From: Octopus vulgaris
Taxonomy: Eukaryota
DNA: 64,000 nucleotides
NCBI GenBank assembly: GCA_951406725.2
Contig: OX597823.1
Span: forward strand, 25,296,001-25,360,000
Reading direction: 5' to 3'
Shown here: positions 41,080 through 55,019 of the stretch, in pieces
Numbering within the stretch: position 1 is the stretch's first letter
Layout: every line of letters starts with the position of its first letter
Position numbers and translations under genes: made by a program
The notes under the pieces: model-generated
The model's database searches: none
Told to the model about the DNA's origin: nothing
What the model saw: the letters and a program-made list of their open reading frames with translations, nothing else

Positions 41080-41960
41080 TAGTTAAGATTATTTCTACGG
41101 ACATTCTATAGGCAGCACTGATTTTTGCTACAACGTTTCGTATCGAGATGTCAGATGTGGGGAGACGGTGTGATCGAGGACAGAAGTGGGTAACGGATGT
41201 ATGTGCTATGTTTCGTGGGTTGTTGTCCCTTCTTCGGCACTCATCTGGCTCGCTATTGCCTCCAAACACATTGCTTGTATTGCTATATCACGCAGCGGTG
41301 TTGAGTTGTTGAATGTACCAACTTGCATATTGGACGCATTCCTGGGACTGATATGTAAACATTTAAGATTTGTAGGTGCATGGTGCTTCGTTGTGCAAAC
41401 ACAATGTACTGTAGGGTATGCTAAATGTTTTCATAGGTCGGTGCCATGTTCCGTTGCGCCAGCGGTGCTCTTTGCATTGTTTTGTTGACGTTGTTTCTAC
41501 AGATGTTCTATGGAACTGTAGGCCAGACTGATTTTTGCTACAACGTTTCGTATCGAGGCGTCAGGTGTAAGCAGACAATGTGATCAAAGACAAAAGCGAA
41601 TAATACCAGCCCCAGGAATGCGTATAATGCGTGAATTGGTGTATCCAGTAACTTGGAACCGCTATGTGGGCAACGTGTTCGGAGGCAGTAGTGGGTTGGA
41701 TGGGTTCGGGGGGGGGGGAAGAAGCCCCGAAGTGTGTCGTGTACACTCGTTGCCAGCTTTTGTCTTTGATCACGTTGTCTGTTTGCATCTGGCGTCTCGG
41801 TGTGAAGCGTTGTGGTGAGTTTAAGTGCTGGCTTATAGTTCTGTGGAGTGTCTGTGGAAGTAGCCTTAACAGAGTAATGTGGGGAGCACTGTTGACGCGA
41901 TGGAGCGTAGTGCTGGCTTTTGAGGGCATTTAGTATACCTTGTACTGTGTTGTGCTTGCA
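41080..41960. repeat. ~0.9 kb GC-richer insertion with an internal direct repeat (41093-41180 vs ~41497-41595), specific to the copy B upstream region
   Basis: CTGATTTTTGCTACAACGTTTCGTATCGAG occurs twice; the block interrupts the otherwise collinear alignment with the copy A upstream region. Confidence 0.6.
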
Positions 41961-41989
41961 TAGCGAAGTACCACGTACCTAAAAATCTT

Positions 41990-43883
41990 TAATATTCTTG
42001 TAGCGTTTTGGAGCTTTTGCGTTGAATTCAGACAAGTCTACAATATTTCTCTCTCAGCTTAGGTTTTTGTCTCGTGAGCAGTTTGGTTTTCAAAGACCAA
42101 TATAATCACGAATCTTTTAAAATAAAATCGAAAGGGCATATCTGTAATTTAAAAAAGTGTCTTAGTTTTACTTTCTACAGTAATAATCTCAGCCATGTCT
42201 CTCTTGAGAATCCAACTGCTATCAACAAGCATACTGAGGATCCAGCTGCTTCGGTAATGCTTTTTTGTTGTAGAAATATCCCGATGAAAATGGTCATCAT
42301 ATTCATTGTTTATCATCCCAGATTTTCTGGGGAAATGTCCAAGTGAGAGTTAAGGAAATGAACCTCTAATAAGGTTAGGTTAGATTTAAGAATATTTCAG
42401 TTAGTTTTTGTCTTTGCCATTTCCCCACAAAGTATTTGAACCCAATTTGCGTTTTATCCATTGCCTTTACAAAGTTTTTAAAAAGTCCAAGCTTAATGTG
42501 CAAGAAGGAAAGAACATTTTCCCAGATCATCAAAATATTTTTCTTACCTAAAACAAGTGAGATGCATTTTGCCAATTATTCTGAACGTAGTGGTTTTGCT
42601 TGTCCTACCGTTTCACTCAACCGAATGAACGGTACTTAGTATAACCTAGAAGCAACTTCAAGTTGTCATATGATTGTTTTTTCATGTTTGCAGCCTGTTT
42701 AATAAGTACTGGAAGGAATGTATTTTCATTATGAAGGACGGATTTCAAACTAATCTGTAAGGAGTAAGCGAATAATCGCCACTTGTCAACATTACGTTTA
42801 GGATCGAGAAGCCTACACCTGAATTAACATGTTTACATAACATATTCATCTTCAGAGTCATTCATTGAATTCATTATAGTGGCTACAGAAAGAAGAAACG
42901 CAGTTTGGCCCTTCTATTTGGTAAATTGAAATTGGTCGTTCAGATTTCTTTGTAATGGGAAATGTGGTTCATTGGGAAGAACAGGTATCCTGGAATATCT
43001 GATTAGAAACGATACAGCTTCGTATGATTCCTCAGCATTTGAAATGATGTACTTAAAGGAATTTGATACTAGATGTTGAACATCATGGTGAACTTACGCT
43101 TCATTGCAGAAAAAATATATATTGTCTTTGAAGCGATCCCATTTGTAATCAAAGGACAGATTAATCTCTCTTAATGCTTGGAATAACAGATGGCATGTGA
43201 TTTGAACGATGTAGTCATCCCATTAGTAGACTTACACATGTCATACAACAAATGTGAGGAGTTCAATTCTCGTCCTAATCATCTCCTTTACGGCATTTCT
43301 TTTTTACTAATGGTATAAAATAGTTCTGGTGTTTTAAAATTAGATCATCACCTGTACAGCCAGAGTAATTAGGATAATTTATATAGTTCCACAACCATAC
43401 AGAGCATCTACATGAACACAATGCTGGTGTAAAATCAACAAGAAGCAAGAAACACTATCTATTAATAATGTTGCATTTACAAACAGATCTGAAACTGCTC
43501 CATACATAGACCCAAGGTTCATGTCTGAAGAAATCTAAAACGTTCGCTACCCAGGCTAAATTTGCCTCCAAGCATAAATTGTAATATTTTTACGTAAAAT
43601 AAACATAACATGTATATCGACTTTTAAATCTTTAATTATACTCATATTAATATATTATATCATTATTTTCTTATTTGATGACTATGTTAAATGCGGAAAA
43701 AAATAGATATTGCGTTACAAGAAAACTAAGCTTGATAGGAAAAAAAATCGAATTTCAAATTTAGATCGAGCATTAAAATGACACTTAAAACATCCATCAC
43801 AATACTTGTGTCAAATGAATGAAATACATATCTTTGTGTTTCAAATGATCATGGGGAGCGGATTAACATACAAAAGACAACTC
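41990..43883 (-). mobile_element. Decayed Chapaev3-like DNA transposon upstream of copy B (paralogous to 11560-13683)
   Basis: DEN*TPHICCMTCVSLLMG*, LHIKLGLFKNFVKAMDK, HFLNSHLDISPENLG; collinear with the copy upstream of gene A. Confidence 0.78.
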
Positions 43884-44990
43884 AGGTAGTCAACCAGGCA
43901 TTACGTGTGTATAGGACCTTCTCATAATCAAAGGAGAACGTGTGAAAATATTAAAATGAAATGAAAAAGAATTTCGATGTGAAAATTGTTTGAGTCGCAT
44001 TAAATTTATTTTAAGTTGTGTCTTCGTTGTTGCATCAGGAAGAGAAAGAAGTGAAGTCGTAGGGGCTGTTTGAATCAGGCAACGACTTTTTCGCAGTTAT
44101 CCATCCTCCACTCAGTTAACACGCCGTGGGACTGAACCCAGAAACATCTGGTTGAGAAGTAAACATCTTACCATACAACCAAACTCAGAATTATTCATCC
44201 ATTTCTAAAGGATAGGATAAAATTTGAAGATTTGGTTGCTATTTCTACCACCCCAATCAGCTCGTAAACGCTTCATCATTTGCTCGTACAAAGTTGTTTC
44301 TGCACTATCCAGTCTGTTTTCTTTTTCTAGGCGTTGGGAAAGGTGGAGTCAGTTGGGATGTAACATGTATTGTTCTGTACTTTTCATCTCATTGGTTTAG
44401 TGATGTTTGGGGACTATTTAAGCTAATGTAGCTGTTATTCATTTATATTTTATGGTTTAGTCAGGAGGGAAGGACGCACCCATTATTTTTCTCATGGTGT
44501 CCAAGACTGATAGCGCGGAGGGAGAGTGTAAGGTATCTTCAAATTGGAGACTTTACTCGAAGGCTTGCTACAGAGTCGGTTCCGTTACAGACACTAAAGG
44601 TATGAGCTAATCATGTTATACCGAACGTCAGATCAAATTTAATACCCAATAATGCCACAGTGAGATTTGAACGTAGAGTGCTAAGATCCTGAATAAAAAC
44701 CGCAAAACATTCGGTCCTACGTTGTTATAGTTCTGCCAATGCACCTGGTTCGATTGGTAGTTTTTTTTTTTTGGGGGGGGGGGGTGCAACTTTCAAGGAT
44801 AAAAAACAAAGTTGACCTGGGCGGGATTTGAACTCAGAGCACCGATTGTCCGAACAAATACAGTGAGGTAGTCTAGCAAGCGCTCTTATAACTGTAAATT
44901 TGCTGCGTATAAAATATGAATTTTGCTTAAATCGAATGAAATAGTATTTCTGGTGTGATGTTGTAGTAGTGCTTTGTGTTATTATAGATA

Positions 44991-46018
44991 CTAGCTAATG
45001 TACCAGGTAATTACCGGGAAAGCGGGGTTTAACTCTTGGTTCCGTTCTCACAATTGTTTCGCTAATCCAATAACAATACAAAGTATGTAGCCCTTAAAAC
45101 GATTTTTGCGCATTTACAGAGAATACCAAACTGTCTTACATAGGATCTTGTTTTTAGGAATTCCCAATAAGTTATGAATGCCCAAATTATGAGTTCAGTT
45201 ATGTAATAACGTGAAATTAGTCATCCGATAGTAAGAATTCAAATAAAATAGCCCGAAAAGGTTTTTAATGCGTTCCCAGAGTATATAGAATTTAGGAGGA
45301 AATACTAATAAGGTATGTATACTAAAATCGTGAAGCATTTTAGGTAATAACAGGCTAATCAGATATTAGATAACAATTCAAAGTAAATAACTCTGAAAAG
45401 GGCTTATGTGCGTTCCTAGAGAATATTATTACCCTCAGCGGCGCTAGAGTTGGTATATTCGTGAATAGGTTACTAACCGAAATAAGTGGATCTATTGTTT
45501 AGGAAAATATCATTTACTTTTATGAGGGTTGTACTTGATAAATTGTGAAAATAACTCAGTTGCAGGGAGGAAGAGGAAAAAAGTTCTCGTACCCTTCCTC
45601 CAACAAACACAAAAAGCTTAAAACGAATGCACAAGAACAGATACAAACGCAGACAATATACATTACAAACACAGCTAGCAAAAAGGTAAAGGTTCAAATA
45701 CTAAGAAATAAATATACTCAATTTGATTTATACCAAATGAATTAGGAAAATGAGTGTGTTATTTCCCCTTGACTGTTAAAATCTGGGCGAATGAGTTATT
45801 TGCCTTGGCTGTTAAAATGAAATATTTTAGATAAATATAAGGATCCCTTCGAGGGGCCCTATTATCGATATTTTCAACAATCTGAGTATGCCATGAGGTT
45901 TCCAGACATGAGTTCTACTCACGTGTCAAGTTTCATCAAAATCGATAAAACGATGTAGGAGGAATGAGCTAACAACTCCACAAATACATCCGACAAAAAT
46001 TCCGACATATGTCGTAGA
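44991..46018 (-). mobile_element. Non-autonomous Helitron-like element
   Basis: Plus strand begins A|CTAG followed by the near-palindrome CCAGGTAATTACCGG and ends TAGA|T; subterminal AAGTTTCATCAAAATCG motif. Confidence 0.6.
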
Positions 46019-47682
46019 TGTCTAAGTGTTAGTGTGTTCTTGTATATGTATCGACAGGGTTTGTGGGATTAGCAACTTGCTGTATATTATCGTGCGACTT
46101 GCCTCTGTACTATTTCTTGATTAAAGTTTGTACAAGCATATGCTAAATCTATAAGTCTATAGCCCTCCTTCATTAAATATTGGTTCAGTTCCTACCTGTC
46201 TAGAGATGATTTTGCCTTTTAAAATTTAAGTGGTCAATAAAGCATTGAGCAGTAATATTATAGGTACAATAATATATGATAAGTGAAAAGGTTGAACGAC
46301 ATCAACTCGAATCCCACACTCCAGATACTGTCATTGAACATTTTAGAAAGACTTTTTAAACAGTTTAAAAATTTTTTTGTCTCTTTGTCCTTGCTGTGTG
46401 TTGCTTGTGTTGTATATTCAGTGTTCTTTTTGGGGGTAACTTGTTTTTGCTGTCTGTGTTTGTAATGTTTTTTTTTCTGCAATCGTATCTGTTCTTGTGC
46501 GTTTATTTTTGTCTCTTTGTCCTTACTGTGTATTACTTGTATATCCAGTGTTATTTTTGGGGATATCTTTTTCGTTTTTGCTCCCTGCGTTTGTAATTTT
46601 TTTTTTTGTGTCCGTGTCTGTTCTTGTGCATTCGTTTTAAAACTTTTTGTTTGTTGGAGGAAGAGAACGAAAAGCTTTTTCCTCTCCCTCCCTGAAACTA
46701 ACCATTCCTCATCACTTACGTCAGTAGATGTAGACGGTCCAGCTTCTCGGTTTCTTTATTAGCCGCCACAAGGGCCTAAACATAGAGGGGGACAAACAAG
46801 GACAGACAAGACACCACAGAGGGGACAATACATAGAACGAATATGATGAGATGATTATACAATAATGGGGTTATGAATGGCTGCATGCGCCCCTCATCAC
46901 ATGCATTACCATTAATCTTTTTAAACTGTCCGTTTTTATCATGTATTTACATAACAATTAATTATCGTCTACCATTACAGTTATTTGAACTGTTATACGT
47001 TCTCTAACATTGTTCTATTTTCGATATTATTAAACATAACATAAAACACTTACTCTTTCTTTTTCCTTTTTTACTCCCTTTTTCTTTTTTCTTTTCTTTT
47101 TTCCTGTCGATTTGACAAACTTATTTACTTTTTAGTAATATTTCATTAGTGGTTCAATTTCTACAAAATCCACTACTGGTGGCAATTCTTTGAATTCCAC
47201 CCTTACTCCTTGTGGGTCAATGTTCTCTCCACACATTTCTTGCAGTCTCTTATAACTTTCCTCTTCAATCACTGTCGCCTTCATATCTTCTGCATATATG
47301 TATGCTGGTACTTTTACTCTTACTATTTGGTAGTTCCCTTAGTTTGAAAACTAATGCCACTGTTACAAAATATTTGTGTTCTTTATCTATGTAGTTCATA
47401 CAGAAAATCATTTATAAAGCACTGGATTGAGATATCTTAATTCTAATTATCTGATACTTGAAACAAAGATATCTTTCGCCTGTATTTCTTTTGAAAGGCA
47501 TAACTAGAAAAATTAGTGTTGAGAAGGGGTAAAAAAGTCTCCTCAAATGCGAAAAGAAACTTAAGGAGCTATTAATAAAGAAATAAATAGATAAAACTTT
47601 AAAAAAAAACAAAAGAAAAAACTGACGATCATTTGTATCCAAAGTAAACAACAAAAACTAACAGCAAAACATTTTATAGAGC

Positions 47683-47726
<44 letters not shown>

Positions 47727-47879
47727 CTATCGATAGCAACGGTTACATCACACCTCAAGCCTCAATAAATACTTTAAATAATATGCCCATATTGCAATAT
47801 CCAGCATCATCCCTTATACATTTATCGAAAATCAGTCATCACGAAAAAAAGCCCCACAAAAAACAAAGAAACACAAAAC

Positions 47880-49300
47880 GAAAAGATACACCTTCCCTCT
47901 GCAGCCCTATTTTTCCATTACGAAAATATAAAGGATTTGCATGACATCTTGAGTATATGTCTTAGACTGACCTGAGTCTACCAATGCCTTATGAGTGAAT
48001 TTGGTAAATGGAAACTTTGGTGGACGACCACCAGACACACAAAAACACGAAATCTAAACACTCTAAAACCTCTGGGCCAGTCAACATCACAAACATACAG
48101 GAAAAATGACTAGGACTTGAAAGAATCACCACACTCACCCAACCTACAACTATTTGTGTTAAGACTTTCAAGTCCCTAAAATCTGGATATTAGAGCAAAT
48201 TAGAACAATTCTAAAGCTCAATAAAATGTTATCACATATTCAAGGACAAAAATAATATACAAACCAATCATCTTCCTAAACACGCTGTGGAAAATTCTAG
48301 AAAAGTTAATCCTGACATCACTAATCCATATACCACCTTCTCCAAATCACAACACAGATTCAGATCACAGTACTAAATCACCAGTCAACGCACAAATCTA
48401 AAACTCGATGGCTTCAACAATAATAATCTTATGTTGTTCGTTAAAGTGATGTTGAATGGATTACATGAAGAATTCTACATTTTCTGTGTGTTTTCGATTC
48501 CATTCACGGTTGGTCATTGATACAAAAAGTACTCAATATCACTTTAAGGAACAACACAAAATGCCAGCTAGCAATCAAGCTGATAAGCACATGTTTTGTA
48601 GAACAACACTTCCAGAATCTTGTAACTTCCCGACTGGAACACTAGAAGGACCTATCTTATCACCTACACTTGTCAACCTTATACGACCTTTCCACAACTT
48701 CACGAAACATATAGATAACCTCATATGCAGATGATATCACACTCACATCCTACACCATACTCTAGGTATTACCTACTTCAATCCTGCTTAAATCGCTTAT
48801 AAACCTAGCTCTACAATAACTGACTTAAAGCAGCAACAACCGAAACCCCTGTCTTCCTCCTTACTACCGACACCAGAGGACACCAAATACAACCAATCTT
48901 CGCTTTCAATATCTTGACTACGCCAGTCTTACCTAGATTCCCGATTTTTCCAAAACAAACCGCAGTAAATTACAATGAACACTTTCGGTAACTATGCACC
49001 ATAACACGTTATTCTCAATCACCATCGCAGATCATCTACGCAACAAATCAAAAATATTGAATGTAAAAGTGCACGTGGATATACAAAGGATACGGTTCGT
49101 TATATAAGTAAACTCCGACCCGCACAGTCTGTCATTACATGAAAGTTCAACTCCAAATTCAGACACGTACAATATCCCAGAGTACTATTACAACAGCATT
49201 CTAACACTATTATCCCTACAATTTTAGCCCTGACAAACATAGAAAGATACAGACATAGCTGCAAAATCATTAGCGTAACTAACGCTAGGTTTTGTGCTGG
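47880..49300 (+). mobile_element. Decayed LINE (Jockey/I-like) RT region
   Basis: A/C-rich strand; GTLEGPILSPTL and SYADDITL at ~48630-48750; heavily frameshifted. Confidence 0.65.
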
Positions 49301-50732
49301 GATACAACAATAAGTGTGCAGAAACAGCAACTCTCAGGCTCTGATCGGGTATATCACGTCCACCTACACTATGATCATCACCAGAATGTACGGGCTCACA
49401 GTTGAAGAATGAATAATAGCAAATGTATGGCTAGATTGTCATACGGTACCTCATACGATTCATCACCGTATGTTGGAATATGCAGTCTGGTTCTCAATTA
49501 GGTGGAAATATGGTGCAACATGGATCTGCGGATATCAATTTGTCGTTCAGCCGACAGCTTACTTGCAGTGGAATTGTTCAATCAGGACTGAACCTGGAAT
49601 ATACAACAATGGCAAAAGAAATTGACATTGGCGTACAGACTATTATATCCAGGGCTTCCAATATGGGCACTCACTGAATGTGACAAACGGATCACTTGCA
49701 CCACTCTGGATCAGACCTTCTAATTGAGAATATGGAGAAAATCCTAAGAAATACTTGATACAGGCTAGTGTCCTGCTCGCTTAGGAGGTCGCCGTCAAAT
49801 AGTAACAGCTTAGAATGAGTCTTAGTACACGAACTGGTATGATTTGAGACATCATATCCTTCATTATAACCTTATTAACTGGTTGAAATCACTTCTTGCA
49901 ATTGACTTTATTTTCACATGAAAATTGCTCTTCAGTTTCGGATTCAGGCATTTACCATGCTGGAAGACAACACTATAAAATATATTTTATATTATTGGTT
50001 CTAAAATATGGGTTTCAAATTTTGGCATAAGGCCAGCAGGTTCGGGCGATGGAGTAAGTTGATTACATCTACCCCAGTATCAACTGGTACTTATTTCATC
50101 TACTTTCATTACTTTTGAAGTAGTGTCATTATATCGTAATTTCTTTTACTCGTCGCTGGTTTGGATGAAACAATATCAATGTGATACAATGATAACATGT
50201 GGTGTTCATCACTTTCTCAATAACATTGATGGTATCAGTGAAATGAAATAAGTTCAATCAGAAATTAAAACAGATATTATAAAGTTTTATCTCCGTTTAA
50301 AAATTTAGATGACTTGCATAAACGTTAGAACAAGATTTCGACCTATGATAACTAATAAGGACTTGTCAAAGATATAAACAAGTGGGAATTGAAGATAAAG
50401 TCTAACTTTCTGCATTTAAAAATGTCTCCAGTTTGAAGTTGTTGAAATGTCGAGTAGTTGTATATACTTATTGCAGAGATTATGTTCGAAGGTTAACAGA
50501 TGTTTTCCAGTTATCGGGTCGCAACTTGATAAAGAAATATAAAAGTAAATAATTCTGAATGAGTTCGTACTTGAAATTGGCAATTATACCAACAAATATA
50601 CTCTTGGATGTGTGAGTGTGTGTTGTGTGTAGATGCGTGTGTGTGTTCAGCATGTCGGTATGTATGTATGTATGTATGTATGTATTTATGTATGTATGTA
50701 TGTATGTATGTATGTATGTATGTATGTATGTA

Positions 50733-50763
<31 letters not shown>

Positions 50764-51984
50764 ATGTATGTATGTATGTATGTATGTATGTATGTATGTA
50801 TGTATGTATGCGTGTGTCAGAGTTCCTAAACGATCATACACGAGCTAGGGCGCTGAAACTTTTCCACGTGGGAAGAAAATTATAATTACTACGCTCCACA
50901 TGTAGCGTAGTGTTGTGATGTCAGTCGAGCGTGGCTGGGTGTTTCGTTCAAACACACACACGCACACACACACAAACGCACACACACACACACACACACT
51001 CATATATATATATTTACATACACGCACACAAATGTATATATGCGCGTGTGTGTGTGAGTGTGTGTGTGTAATAACACAGATGGGCCGAGGTTTACGACAA
51101 CTGTTTCAGACGCGCTTTTTGTTGAACAAATCAATTACACCATGTAAAACAGCAGCAACAACAACAGCAACAACAACAATAATAATAATAATAAATGCTC
51201 TGGTGCAGTACAAGGCAGTGACTCTCATGACTTCTGACTGGTAGTGTTATCATGTACATTATTTTGTCTTGATATAAAAGATGGGCTGTTTATCTTCAAA
51301 TGAGTTCATCATGTTGCGCACATATGGTTGTGATACATGTGCCTGGTGTACTCTTATCAGACGGGTAATCATGACGGGTATATTAGGCTTTATATATTTG
51401 TACCCCAGTGCCACTTTAATGGCATGTACTGTTCTCTCACTCGGTAATAATAATAATGTTAATAATGGTGACATAGTTACGTAAATTCTGCTCGAAAATT
51501 AATTTCTTCTAACGGAGGTAATAGATAGAGTAGGAACTCAAGGTTGCCTTAACACCATTAATAATAAATGTACTTCTCCCTATATAAAGAAAATCCATAG
51601 GAGTAAACACTGTATTTCGGGATACCGGAATTGATTACGTAATGCTGATGTAATCTGGTATAACCCACCTTCTAATTCAGCAATAGCTACTAGTATCTCT
51701 CAAGTTGTTAAGTATACTGGAAAAAACTCCCCTCTTTTTAGCAGATATCCCTAAATATTCTGTAAAAGAAAAATTAGAGTTTCTTATTCTACCTTCCCTA
51801 ATCTGGGGACTATAATTTCAGGTATAAGTAAATGTAATATTATGTTAGCTCAAAATTATTAAGCTATATGATTAAATAAGAATAGAAATACAAATGTAAT
51901 GAAAACTACTCACAGGACTACTGCTACCTTAAAACGTAATGTTAATATTAATAGGAATAAAGATGATAATGATTATAATAATAA

Positions 51985-52175
51985 TCCTTTCTACTATAAG
52001 CACAAAGCCTGGATTTTGTTGGGAGAGGGACAGTCGATCAGATCAACTCTGGTACTCAACTGGTATATAATTTATCGACCCCGAAAGGATGAAAGGCAAA
52101 ATCGACCTCGGCAGAATTTGAACTCAGAACGTGATGTCAGACGAAATATCGCTTAGCATTTCGCCCGGCGTGCTA
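51985..52175 (-). mobile_element. Copy of the second SINE family
   Basis: ATCGACCCCGAAAGGATGAAAGGCAAAATCGACCTCGGCAGAATTTGAACTCAGAAC. Confidence 0.8.
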
Positions 52176-52189
52176 ATAATAATGAATAG

Positions 52190-52628
52190 GTGCTGGTTCA
52201 GTCTCACCGTAGTAGTAATCTCGATTGCTCACACTTGAATGCACCTATTAGCCATGGCAGTCATTCAACTATGGACCATTTGATTGACATATGGAATACT
52301 GTCCATATGACACCAGGACAGTATTCAAGAGTAATACAACACTTCGTAAATATCTCTTTCGAGTAAAACCCACCAATAGAAGAGAATATGACCAAAGACT
52401 GCGTGTACTCCATCCCATGCAGCAGTGGTAGTTTATACAAAGGCGAAACATGCCACCCATCAAAATAAGGGTAAATGAACATCGCAAAGCTGTGACACGA
52501 GGAGATATTGAGAAATCGAGTATAGCTGATCATATATGGAAAAATGGAGACCGCCTCCTCCTGTGGGATGAAGTTAAAATAATAGACAGAGAACATCACT
52601 GGAAAATACGAAAACTAAAAGAAGCAGC
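52190..52628 (+). mobile_element. Penelope-like element fragment (GIY-YIG endonuclease)
   Basis: CVYSIPCSSGSLYKGET...IRVNEHRKAV...SSIADHIW...WDEVKIIDREHHWKIRKLKEAA. Confidence 0.85.
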
Positions 52629-53184
52629 GGATCTTTTCACTTTGACCGGCAGATTTTAAAAATAATTTCTTTGTAACTAAACACTTTTAAACTTCGTATA
52701 CTGGTAGAATGTGTTTATAAAACATCTTTTTCTCTTGGTTTTCTTGAGAAAATTCTGTAGTTTGTAAGCTATTTGTTGTTTAATTTCTTGTATGTCGGCA
52801 ATTTGAACCAATCAATGACGTCTATTGAGGTGAATTCAATTTCTGCCGTAGTGTGTCAACAATGTGTTTATAAAACATCTTTTTCTCTTGGCTTTATTGA
52901 GAAAATTCTATAGTTTGTAAGATATTTGTTGTTTTTTTTCCTTCAATTTCTGCAATTTCAACCAATCGATGACGTCCATTGAGGTAAAAAACATTCCGTG
53001 CATAATGAATATGTCCCTCGTTTAAGAAACAGATTGGGTTTATTTACATTTGTGAAGAAAAAAAGATACCCTTCCCCCCACCCCTAACCCTAACTAACCC
53101 TAACCCTAAAACAGGGTCATAATTATGGGTGACAATTTCATATGACACCGCTAGAAAAAACTGCCGTTCAAACCGAAAAGATCC
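52629..53184. mobile_element. Non-autonomous TIR element (MITE) with 24-bp TIRs, an internal ~140-bp duplication and telomere-like (CCCTAA)n
   Basis: Left end GGATCTTTTCACTTTGACCGGCAG, right end CTGCCGTTCAAACCGAAAAGATCC; CCCTAACCCTAACTAACCCTAACCCTAA at ~53082-53109. Confidence 0.85.
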
Positions 53185-53970
53185 ACCATCTCGACTATTC
53201 TCACCACAAATAGCTGATGCTTCTATCACGAGTTTTACACATCTCTCCACAACTTGGGTGTAGCACGGTAATTTTTCCACTTGCATCAAATGCGGCTATT
53301 AAATGGAGGTATCGATTTCTTTAAGAAAATATGTATTAGAGGTAGTTCAGTAACAAAAGTGTCCTGCCAGTTAATTATATCCATGTAGTTTGAGGCAGAA
53401 AAGTTTAGGGAAGGAATTTTGAAAGGTCGCACAAATTTCCCTTTATACTGTGTTCGAGTCTGCTTTATGTACCTTCATGTCAGTTATCAAATGTGGTTCT
53501 GTTCATCCTTTATGGCCAGTAAAATGTTTTCTGGGTAGTCGAAGAAAGCATTCCGTTGTGTAACTGGAAACACAATGTCTTGTACCGCTTGATCCATTTC
53601 TCTCGAAGACTCAATCGTTTTGAACACATTTAGAGCCCCATTTTTCAAGGAAGAATTGCATTTAATTGTGAACCACATTGGTACGTAAACTTTCATTATG
53701 TAAGAAACAATCAATTTCATCGAGTTAGAAGGATTCTCGGTGGTAACATGCAACCGTTGCATACGATTTGCAGTTGTAAGCCATCGATAATGCGCAATTT
53801 TACCGGGTTTCCTTAAAGCCATTTCAGATGAATATTTCCCTCCAGAAATAGACTGGTGGATATCAGGAAGGTATTTTTGATCAGTGCTGAGATCGTTTCC
53901 GTCTATTGATGATAGGTCCGTTGGAATCTAGTTAGATTTCACAATACCTAGTGTTTCACATAGTTCCAGT
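53185..53970 (-). mobile_element. Decayed DDE transposase fragment (hAT superfamily, hATx/hATm-like)
   Basis: LSTDQKYL, PGKIAHYRWLTTANR, YVPMWF, QRNAFFDYPENILLA, PCYTQVVERCVKLVIEAS. Confidence 0.75.
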
Positions 53971-54394
53971 CACTTACGTGTGTATGTATGTCATTCAATT
54001 TTATTTCAAGATTTCTGTCAATAGAGAAAGAGCCGGTTTCTAACCTAGATCCAAGACTCCTTCATTAGAATTTCAACATCAACAACAGGGTATTTTTGTA
54101 TGTATGTATGTATGTATGTATGTATGTATGTATGTATGTATGTATGTATGTATGTATGTATGTATGTATGTATGTATACATGCATGCCTGCATGTATGTA
54201 TGTATGTATGTATGTATGTATACATGCATGCCTGTATGTATGTATGTATGTATGTATTTATGTATGTATTTATGTATGTATGTATGTATGTATGCATATG
54301 TATGCATGTGCACAGATTTCTATGTATAGCTTTATGTATGTATTCTCGTGCATATAGTTGCACATCTAGACATGCGCATATATATTTAAATGAT

Positions 54395-54570
54395 AAACGT
54401 CTGGAAAGTTTTACAGATTTTTACAGTTCCAGTGATAGATTGGATCTGTAGTCTTCGAATTAGCTTTCTCCTTTCTGGTTTTGAAAGTCTAATTTCTCAA
54501 GATTGGTATTTGGGCAGTGTGTTACATATCTCAGGGCCCCAATAATTACATGTGTAGCTCGAACAAGCAT
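54395..54570 (-). mobile_element. R4/Dong-like REL retrotransposon extreme 3' fragment
   Basis: VIIGALRYVTH...IRRLQIQSITGTVKICKTF on the minus strand. Confidence 0.65.
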
Positions 54571-55019
54571 AATTGTTGGTAATCTCATTGGTTAAAATTA
54601 CTGCCCATATACAAATTCTAAATTTTCGTCAAAGAAATCTTTCACGAAATACAGTTCTTAGAATTCGGATATGACCGGTTATAAAACCCCGGATTTTGGG
54701 GAAATTACTCAGTGATCTTTGGATGTTACTAAACTCCATGACACGTACTCCTTGAAATATTGGCTATTTCTTATGCTATGTCTATGATAAAGATCCAACA
54801 AGACTTATTTGAATTGTTGTGAACTCTAGTAGTTAGTATGAAAGATTTCTCGCTATGGTGTTTATGTAGCTGGAGTCAGGATTTATGTTTAATGATAACA
54901 CTTATAAGTAAGTTATAAGTGACGTGTTTATCAATATATATTCCTACTTCAAAAAGTAAAATATATTTATTATCTATTTCCAAATAGGAAACATATAAAA
55001 GTAGTGTTACACAAACCCT

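Noticed and set aside
47561-47758. Poly-Asp ORF
   Set aside because: It is the translation of an (ATC)n trinucleotide repeat, with no splice or homology support.
50608-50885. MYVC/YI/HT/CV-repeat ORFs here and throughout the window
   Set aside because: These are translations of (TATG)n, (TA)n and (CA)n microsatellites, which lack stop codons.
53082-53109. Telomere repeat suggesting a chromosome end or fusion site
   Set aside because: Only ~4 imperfect units, embedded in a TIR element that occurs twice in the window.
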